From an uncultured Saprospiraceae bacterium (lineage in GTDB: Bacteria > Bacteroidota > Bacteroidia > Chitinophagales > Saprospiraceae), in the NCBI GenBank assembly GCA_964607315.1, contig CAZSKA010000039.1, positions 1 to 21,043 of the forward strand: a stretch of DNA of 21,043 nucleotides, written 5' to 3'. Numbering within the stretch: the first letter of the stretch is position 1; each line of letters starts with the position of its first letter. Made by a program: the position numbers and the translations under genes. The notes under the pieces are model-generated. The model was not told the origin of the DNA and ran no database searches. It was given only the letters and a program-made list of their open reading frames with translations. Of this stretch, positions 15,679 to 21,043 are shown piece after piece.

Positions 15679-15736
15679 CGGAAAATTGAAATCCTTTTTC
15701 GAAAAATAAGGTTATTATTAAAAATCATAATTCGAC

Positions 15737-16960
15737 ATGAGCGTAGTTGAAATAAAAGTTCCTACAATAGGAGAATCTATAACAGAAGTAACACTTTCTA
15801 CTTGGTTAGTAAAAAATGGTGATTACGTAGAGCTAGACCAAGCAATCTGTGAGTTTGAAAGTGACAAAGCAACTTTAGAGCTTCCAGCTGAAGTCGCTGG
15901 AAAATTAATCCATGTAGCATCTGAAGATGATGATCTAGAAATAGGTGCTATAGTAGCTAAAATAGATACATCAGTAAGTGGTGAAAGTGCTCCTAAAAAG
16001 GAAGAAAAAGCCGCACCTGCTAAAAAAGAGTCAAGCCCAGCTCCATCTGAAGATAGCCATGCTAAAGGTCATCCTTCACCAGCTGCTGCTAAGGTGATGG
16101 CTGAAAAAGGATTAAAATCAGAAGATATAACAGGAACTGGTAAAGGAGGAAGAATTACACATCAAGATGCGCAAAAAGCTGAAATGAAATCTTCTCCTGC
16201 TCCTGCTAAAAGCGAAGAAACTTTTGATGCACCTACTCCTTCAGGTATTACTGCTTTTGGACGTGAAGTACGAAGAGAAAAAATGAGTAGAATGAGAAGA
16301 ACTATCGCTTCTCGTCTTGTTTCTGCTAAAAACAATACCGCAATGCTTACCACTTTTAATGAGGTTGACCTCTCTGAAGTGATGAAAATGCGTAAAAAAT
16401 ACCAAGAAAAATTTGTAGCTAAATATGGCATCAAACTTGGGTTTATGTCAATCTTCGCCAAAGCATGTGCAAAAGCATTGCAGGAATTACCTGCTGTAAA
16501 TGCACAGATTGATGGGAATGAAATAATCTATCACGATTTTGTTGATATCTCAATTGCAATTTCTACTCCTACTGGACTTGTAGTACCTCCAGTAAAAAAT
16601 GTAGAATCGCTTAGCTATGCAGATATAGAAAAGCAAATCGCTTTTCTTGCGAAAAAAGCAAGAGCTGGTAAACTAACTCTTGATGAAATGCAAGGTGGAA
16701 CATTTACCATAACGAATGGTGGAATTTTCGGTTCTATGTTAAGTACTCCTATTATTAATGAACCGCAAAGCGCAATTCTTGGAATGCATAATATCATCCA
16801 AAGACCTGTTGCTATTAATGGCCAAGTAGAAATTAGACCAATGATGTACATTGCTCTTTCTTATGACCATAGAGTAATTGACGGAAGCACTAGTGTTACT
16901 TTCCTAGTTAAAGTAAAAGAATACCTCGAAGATCCAGTTAGCTTATTTTTAGATATCTAA
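15737..16960 (+). CDS. sucB: Dihydrolipoyllysine-residue succinyltransferase, E2 of 2-oxoglutarate dehydrogenase
   Basis: The ORF is 407 aa. It has the lipoyl-lysine motif ESDKATLE, Ala/Pro-rich linkers, an E3-binding domain ([13 protein letters not shown]...[12 protein letters not shown]), and a catalytic domain near-colinear with E. coli SucB (TTFNEVD...GFMS...[10 protein letters not shown]...SYDHRVIDG). Confidence 0.9.
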   Translation: MSVVEIKVPTIGESITEVTLSTWLVKNGDYVELDQAICEFESDKATLELPAEVAGKLIHVASEDDDLEIGAIVAKIDTSVSGESAPKKEEKAAPAKKESSPAPSEDSHAKGHPSPAAAKVMAEKGLKSEDITGTGKGGRITHQDAQKAEMKSSPAPAKSEETFDAPTPSGITAFGREVRREKMSRMRRTIASRLVSAKNNTAMLTTFNEVDLSEVMKMRKKYQEKFVAKYGIKLGFMSIFAKACAKALQELPAVNAQIDGNEIIYHDFVDISIAISTPTGLVVPPVKNVESLSYADIEKQIAFLAKKARAGKLTLDEMQGGTFTITNGGIFGSMLSTPIINEPQSAILGMHNIIQRPVAINGQVEIRPMMYIALSYDHRVIDGSTSVTFLVKVKEYLEDPVSLFLDI

Positions 16961-16969
16961 CTTGAACAA

Positions 16970-17479
16970 ATGACTTTACAAGAGCTTTTTAATGTTATAA
17001 GTGAAAATAAGGCAATAACCTTATTTTATTTCATTGCTTTAATACTTACCGCTTTTCTCAGTGGTATCTTATCGAAAGATCAAGGACATCAGAGCCCTTG
17101 GAAGCAAGTGTATTGCATCCTACTTTATATGGCTGCAGTCCCAGGAATTTTTGCTGTTTTTCTTAATGTGTACATGTTTTTATTTGAAAGACAAAGTATC
17201 ATGCAAATGAATCTTGTCACTCAAGTATTGCCTATTATAGGCATGTTCATCACTTTCTTTATTATTAGAAGAAATGTGGACTTAGCACTCATACCTGGCT
17301 TTGATAGGATTTCTGGTTTGGTGCTTATGGTAGGAGTGTTGATAGGAATTATGTGGGTACTTGACAGAATGAAAATTTTTGCAATTACATTTATACCTTT
17401 CCAATACGTTTTCTTGATTCTTATAGCCGCATTAATTTTATTGAGATTCGGATGGAGCAAAGTCTCAGTAAAACGTTAA
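16970..17479 (+). CDS. Hypothetical integral membrane protein (~5 TM helices)
   Basis: The ORF is 169 aa and starts 9 nt after sucB. It has strongly hydrophobic segments and I recognise no family. Confidence 0.6.
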   Translation: MTLQELFNVISENKAITLFYFIALILTAFLSGILSKDQGHQSPWKQVYCILLYMAAVPGIFAVFLNVYMFLFERQSIMQMNLVTQVLPIIGMFITFFIIRRNVDLALIPGFDRISGLVLMVGVLIGIMWVLDRMKIFAITFIPFQYVFLILIAALILLRFGWSKVSVKR

Positions 17480-17525
17480 TTATTTATTGATATACTTTAT
17501 TAGCGCCAGAGACGTTTTTTATTAG

Positions 17526-18335
17526 ATGCTTAGAAAATTAATACTTGTCATTTTTATTTTCCCCTTTTTTTTGGGGATGAGTCAAGCTCAAAAGGGCTTC
17601 GAGCTTGGTGCGTGGGCAGGGGTTTCTAATTACTTCGGTGAGCTAAATGCAAATTATCGTTTAACAGATTTTGGTCCCGCTGGCGGATTGAACGGAAGAT
17701 ATAATTTCAATAACAGGCTAGCCACAAAAGCATCCTTATCTTATGGCTATATCTATGGTGATGATAAGAATAATAGAAATGTTTTTGAGTTACGAAGAAA
17801 TCTAAATTTCAAATCTCACTTAGCAGATGCGACCTTCACAGGTGAATTTAATTTCTTACCTTATACTCATGGAAGTCAAGATGAATATTTCACTCCATAT
17901 GTTTCTTTAGGGTTCAATGTGTTTTATTTCGCACCGTTTACTGAATTAGATGGGGTAAATCATTTTTTGAGGCCATTAGGTACAGAAGGCCAGCCTGTAG
18001 GAGGTGAATATTCTTTTATTAATGGAGGCCTTGTTTATGGTGGAGGATTTAAATGGGATATCAATTATGAATGGTCATTTAATATAGAATTCACTATGAG
18101 AAATCTATTTACTGATTACCTAGATGATGTAAGTAGAACATTTCCTAATCAAGCTACATTAGAAGCAAATAGAGGTACTATTGCTAGACAACTAAGTGAC
18201 CGATCTATAGAACCGCAGATTGGTGAAGCGGGCAGACAACGAGGCGATTCTACAAGAAGAGATAATTATTCTTTTTTTGGAATTAGCATCATGAGATATT
18301 TCGGAAGTGTAGAATGTCCAAAAATTCAGAGATAA
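17526..18335 (+). CDS. Outer-membrane beta-barrel protein (DUF6089-like)
   Basis: It has the signal peptide MLRKLILVIFIFPFFLGMSQA. Alternating aromatic/Gly beta-strand segments (GAWAGVSNYFGE, SLSYGYIYG, YGGGFKWD) end in an aromatic-rich C-terminus. The family name is from memory. Confidence 0.6.
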   Translation: MLRKLILVIFIFPFFLGMSQAQKGFELGAWAGVSNYFGELNANYRLTDFGPAGGLNGRYNFNNRLATKASLSYGYIYGDDKNNRNVFELRRNLNFKSHLADATFTGEFNFLPYTHGSQDEYFTPYVSLGFNVFYFAPFTELDGVNHFLRPLGTEGQPVGGEYSFINGGLVYGGGFKWDINYEWSFNIEFTMRNLFTDYLDDVSRTFPNQATLEANRGTIARQLSDRSIEPQIGEAGRQRGDSTRRDNYSFFGISIMRYFGSVECPKIQR

Positions 18336-18497
18336 CTTGCTTTTCTGAACGAATCATAATTCTTATCCTGTTATAAATTATTGTACTTTTAATCTTGTGA
18401 ATGAAATCACCAGATTTCCTTTTGTAATACTTTAATTAATCTATCTATTCTTCCGCAACCTGATATCTATCTCTTTGGAATTCGCATCCAAGAACCT

Positions 18498-19130
18498 ATG
18501 GCTACTCTAACAGATGTAATTGTTGCATTGATTTGCTTTTATGCCTATTCAATACTTCGTAAAAAAAGCGAAAAAAATAAAGCTGTGTCATTCTTTAAAC
18601 TATATTTTCTTTTTATGGGTTTTGGGATGTTAACTGCAGGAATTATAGGTCATGGCTTCCAATATATTTTTGGATATAACTGGAAACTTCTAGGTTGGTT
18701 AACTAGTATTATAGGATTAATTTTCTTCGAAAGATCATCTATTGAATACAATAAAAACATTCTGAATCCTAAATTTTACAATGTCTTATTAAAATTCAAT
18801 ATTCTCGAGTTGATTGCAGTTCTTTCATTAACTATCTTTTTTCTAAATTTCAAAGTAGTACAGATACATGCAGCATGGGGTTTACTAATTATCGTTCTTG
18901 GTTTCCATATTCACGTCTTAGTTAAAACAGCAGACAGAGCAGGTATTCAAATACTCATAGGTGTGATTCTCTTAATCAGTACAGTTTTTATATTTAATAT
19001 TCCCATCACTCCTCATACTTGGTTTAATCATATTGATTTAGCTCATACCATAATGGCTATTGCATCAATATTCTTTCTAAGAGGAGCGCTCAAATTAAAA
19101 GACCCTCCTCTTAGAAAAAATAGAGCTTAG
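18498..19130 (+). CDS. Hypothetical polytopic membrane protein (6-7 TM helices)
   Basis: The ORF is 210 aa and hydrophobic throughout. I recognise no catalytic motif. Confidence 0.6.
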   Translation: MATLTDVIVALICFYAYSILRKKSEKNKAVSFFKLYFLFMGFGMLTAGIIGHGFQYIFGYNWKLLGWLTSIIGLIFFERSSIEYNKNILNPKFYNVLLKFNILELIAVLSLTIFFLNFKVVQIHAAWGLLIIVLGFHIHVLVKTADRAGIQILIGVILLISTVFIFNIPITPHTWFNHIDLAHTIMAIASIFFLRGALKLKDPPLRKNRA

Positions 19131-19132
19131 AT

Positions 19133-21043
19133 TTAACTCCTTTGTAAGGATTTAGCTAATACAACTAAATCTAACATTTCCTCCTTATAACTATCTGGAT
19201 ATTCCTTCACATAAGAGGTAATTTTAGTTATTAAATCATTGTAATTTGCTTCTCCTTTAAACGAAGAATCTCTTAATAACAATCCAAATTCTGCTACATA
19301 ACTTGCCCATAAAGTTGAAGGGCTAATGTCTTTAACTTCATTGTTTGAAATGACCTCCTCACTTTTTATTGAACTATCTTCTGTAGGATTCTTGTAGCGA
19401 TATTTTATGGTTGCAATTTCTGAAGAGTTTCCTCTTCTCTTATTCTTTTGCTCATTTACTTGGTATTTTAATGGATCAATAGAAACATTATAATCACTTT
19501 GTGCACCAGCTGGAATAATTTCATAAAGAACAGTAACTGTATGACCCGCTCCCATTTCACCAGCATCTTTTTTATCATTATTAAAATCTTCCGCTGCTAA
19601 AACTCTATTCTCGTAACCAATCATTCGATATCCTTCTATTGCATTAGGATTAAATTCAAGTTGAATTTTTACATCTTTAGCAATTGTATATAATGTCCCT
19701 GAAAATTCGTCCATCAAGACTTTTTTAGCTTCACGCATATTATCGATATAGTTATGATTTCCATTACCAGCTGAGGAAATCTTTTGCATTTTTCCTTCCA
19801 TGTAATTCCCTACCCCAAATCCTAATATCGATAAAAATATATCCTGATCTCTCTGCTTTTCAATCAATTTCACTAATGCTTCATCACCCCGTGTTCCTAC
19901 ATTAAAATCACCATCTGTAGCTAGAATAACTCTATTATTTCCATCCTTTATAAAATGTTCTTTTGCTGTTTTATAAGCTAATTGGATACCTGCACCTCCA
20001 GCAGTTGATCCTCCAGCTTCTAATTTATTAAGCGCATCTAATATTTCTTCTTTATTGTTTGTTGGCTTCAAAACGATTCCTGCAGCTCCAGCATAAACCA
20101 CTATGGAAACTTTATCATTTTCATTTAATTGATCAACTAATAATTTAAATGCCGATTTCAATAAAGGCAATTTGTTACTATATGACATGCTTCCAGAAAC
20201 ATCGATCAAAAAAACTAAGTTATTTGCAGCTTTCTCATCTCTCTGTATATTTTGGGCTTTAAGCCCAATTTTTAAAAGCTTATGATTTTCATTCCAAGGA
20301 CATTGTGCTAATTCGGTAAATGTCTGAAAAGGCCTACCGTCTCTTTGCCTTTCATAAGTGTAGTTATAATCAAAGTAATTAATCATTTCCTCTATTCTTA
20401 CAGAGTTAGCAGGAGGATATTGCCCATTATTTAAAAATCGTCTTACATTAGAATATGATGCCCTATCAACATCTATGGATAATGTTGATAAGGGATCTTT
20501 ATTAGGGTTTTTAAATTGATTTTCTACAATGTCAGAATAATTATTCTCCTCTCTATTTTTAGTTTCAGAATAGCTTAAAGAATTTTTTTCACCTATAGAA
20601 ATCCCATCCATTTCCATATCTACATCGTAAAACATTTCAGATTCTACTGCTGGAGGTCTTGCTGTAGCATTTTTATTTCTCTTTCGTTTTATCCTTTTTC
20701 CGTAACCTGTAACAACCACCTCCTCTAATGCAACTCCTTCTGTCATCTTTACTACTAACTTGTCTTCATTTCCAACATAATTAATCTCTTTATTTTCGAA
20801 ACCTGCATAGGAAACAACTAAAGTTGTAGGTGTAGAAGAAACAAATATTTCAAAATTTCCGTCCACATTAGTGATGACAGCATTTCTTGTGCCTTTCTCC
20901 ACTATTGATGCTCCTATCAGCGCTTGATCACTTTCATCCACAACAGTTCCGCAGATACTTATTGAAGTGCTTCTATGAATACCAAATGAATAAATTAGAA
21001 ATATGCTAGAAAAAATCAAACTAAAAATTAATACCTTTTTCAT
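19133..21043 (-). CDS. Secreted von Willebrand factor type A protein, YfbK-like, with an N-terminal CarboxypepD_reg-like domain
   Basis: The start ATG is the last three bases of the window and gives the signal peptide MKKVLIFSLIFSSIFLIYSFG. The CarboxypepD_reg-like segment is CGTVVDESDQALIGASIVEKGT..TNVDGNFEI. The YfbK N-terminal motif is LSTLSIDVDRASYSNVRRFLNNGQYPP..VRIEEMINYF. The MIDAS motif is LIDVSGSMS, followed by ILATDGDFNVG. Confidence 0.85.
   Translation of the reverse strand: MKKVLIFSLIFSSIFLIYSFGIHRSTSISICGTVVDESDQALIGASIVEKGTRNAVITNVDGNFEIFVSSTPTTLVVSYAGFENKEINYVGNEDKLVVKMTEGVALEEVVVTGYGKRIKRKRNKNATARPPAVESEMFYDVDMEMDGISIGEKNSLSYSETKNREENNYSDIVENQFKNPNKDPLSTLSIDVDRASYSNVRRFLNNGQYPPANSVRIEEMINYFDYNYTYERQRDGRPFQTFTELAQCPWNENHKLLKIGLKAQNIQRDEKAANNLVFLIDVSGSMSYSNKLPLLKSAFKLLVDQLNENDKVSIVVYAGAAGIVLKPTNNKEEILDALNKLEAGGSTAGGAGIQLAYKTAKEHFIKDGNNRVILATDGDFNVGTRGDEALVKLIEKQRDQDIFLSILGFGVGNYMEGKMQKISSAGNGNHNYIDNMREAKKVLMDEFSGTLYTIAKDVKIQLEFNPNAIEGYRMIGYENRVLAAEDFNNDKKDAGEMGAGHTVTVLYEIIPAGAQSDYNVSIDPLKYQVNEQKNKRRGNSSEIATIKYRYKNPTEDSSIKSEEVISNNEVKDISPSTLWASYVAEFGLLLRDSSFKGEANYNDLITKITSYVKEYPDSYKEEMLDLVVLAKSLQRS

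Noticed and set aside
3772-17460. Eleven short ORFs in the six-frame track lie antisense to or inside larger genes: 3772-3996(-), 6921-7136(-), 9249-9443(-), 10201-10458(-), 11237-11467(+), 12029-12244(+), 13811-14068(-), 14871-15212(-), 16162-16461(-), 16615-16851(-), 17221-17460(-).
   Set aside because: Each is fully or largely embedded opposite a long ORF that has clear family motifs. Their translations are low-complexity mirror images, for example the poly-F opposite the poly-K linker and the Ser/Ala/Pro runs opposite the sucB linker. None has a recognisable domain.
1-21043. A search for mobile-element or defence-island hallmarks: transposase or integrase genes, tRNA attachment sites, terminal inverted or direct repeats, CRISPR repeats, restriction-modification or toxin-antitoxin pairs.
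   Set aside because: None was found. The SAM methyltransferase has PmtA-like rather than DNA-methyltransferase motifs. Composition looks uniform by eye. Gene content is housekeeping apart from the edge-truncated CHAT gene.

Overview
This AT-rich window reads like core chromosome of a Bacteroidota bacterium. The supporting signs are a bacterial GH3-family gene, a MurF-Alr fusion, PD40/OmpA envelope proteins, TAnnTTTG-type -7 promoter boxes and no Shine-Dalgarno sequences. I support about 19 protein-coding genes. In order they are: a 5'-truncated membrane-anchored CHAT protease, GH3-like adenylating enzyme, small acidic ORF, recO, PD40/OmpA protein, PAP2-like membrane phosphatase, dapD, a TPR-PD40-OmpA-like-SPOR gene split by a frameshift, PmtA-like SAM methyltransferase, murF-alr fusion (minus strand), menA, GGGPS/PcrB-family prenyltransferase, TerB-like protein, sucB, membrane protein, outer-membrane beta-barrel protein, 7-TM-like membrane protein, and a YfbK-like vWA protein (minus strand). 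I see no tRNA, rRNA, CRISPR array, transposase, integrase or recognisable defence cassette. I do not see a convincing self-contained novel system, because the content is mostly envelope, lipid and central metabolism. The leads worth a second look are: (1) the A6-run frameshift splitting the second envelope gene; (2) the menA-GGGPS-terB-like cluster, which puts an archaeal-type ether-lipid enzyme in an operon-like setting; (3) two PD40/OmpA paralogs, each joined by an ATGA overlap to a lipid-modifying enzyme; (4) two unusually long non-coding gaps. The first gap (1344-2058) holds a possible HU-like relic that keeps its frame but has two in-frame stops, plus a four-half-site inverted repeat. The second gap (13263-13601) holds a perfect 10-bp inverted repeat carrying two divergent -7 boxes and a GC-enriched patch ahead of menA. 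(5) The CHAT protease is cut by the left window edge, so its partners cannot be seen. All family assignments come from motif recognition by eye and need HMM or BLAST confirmation.
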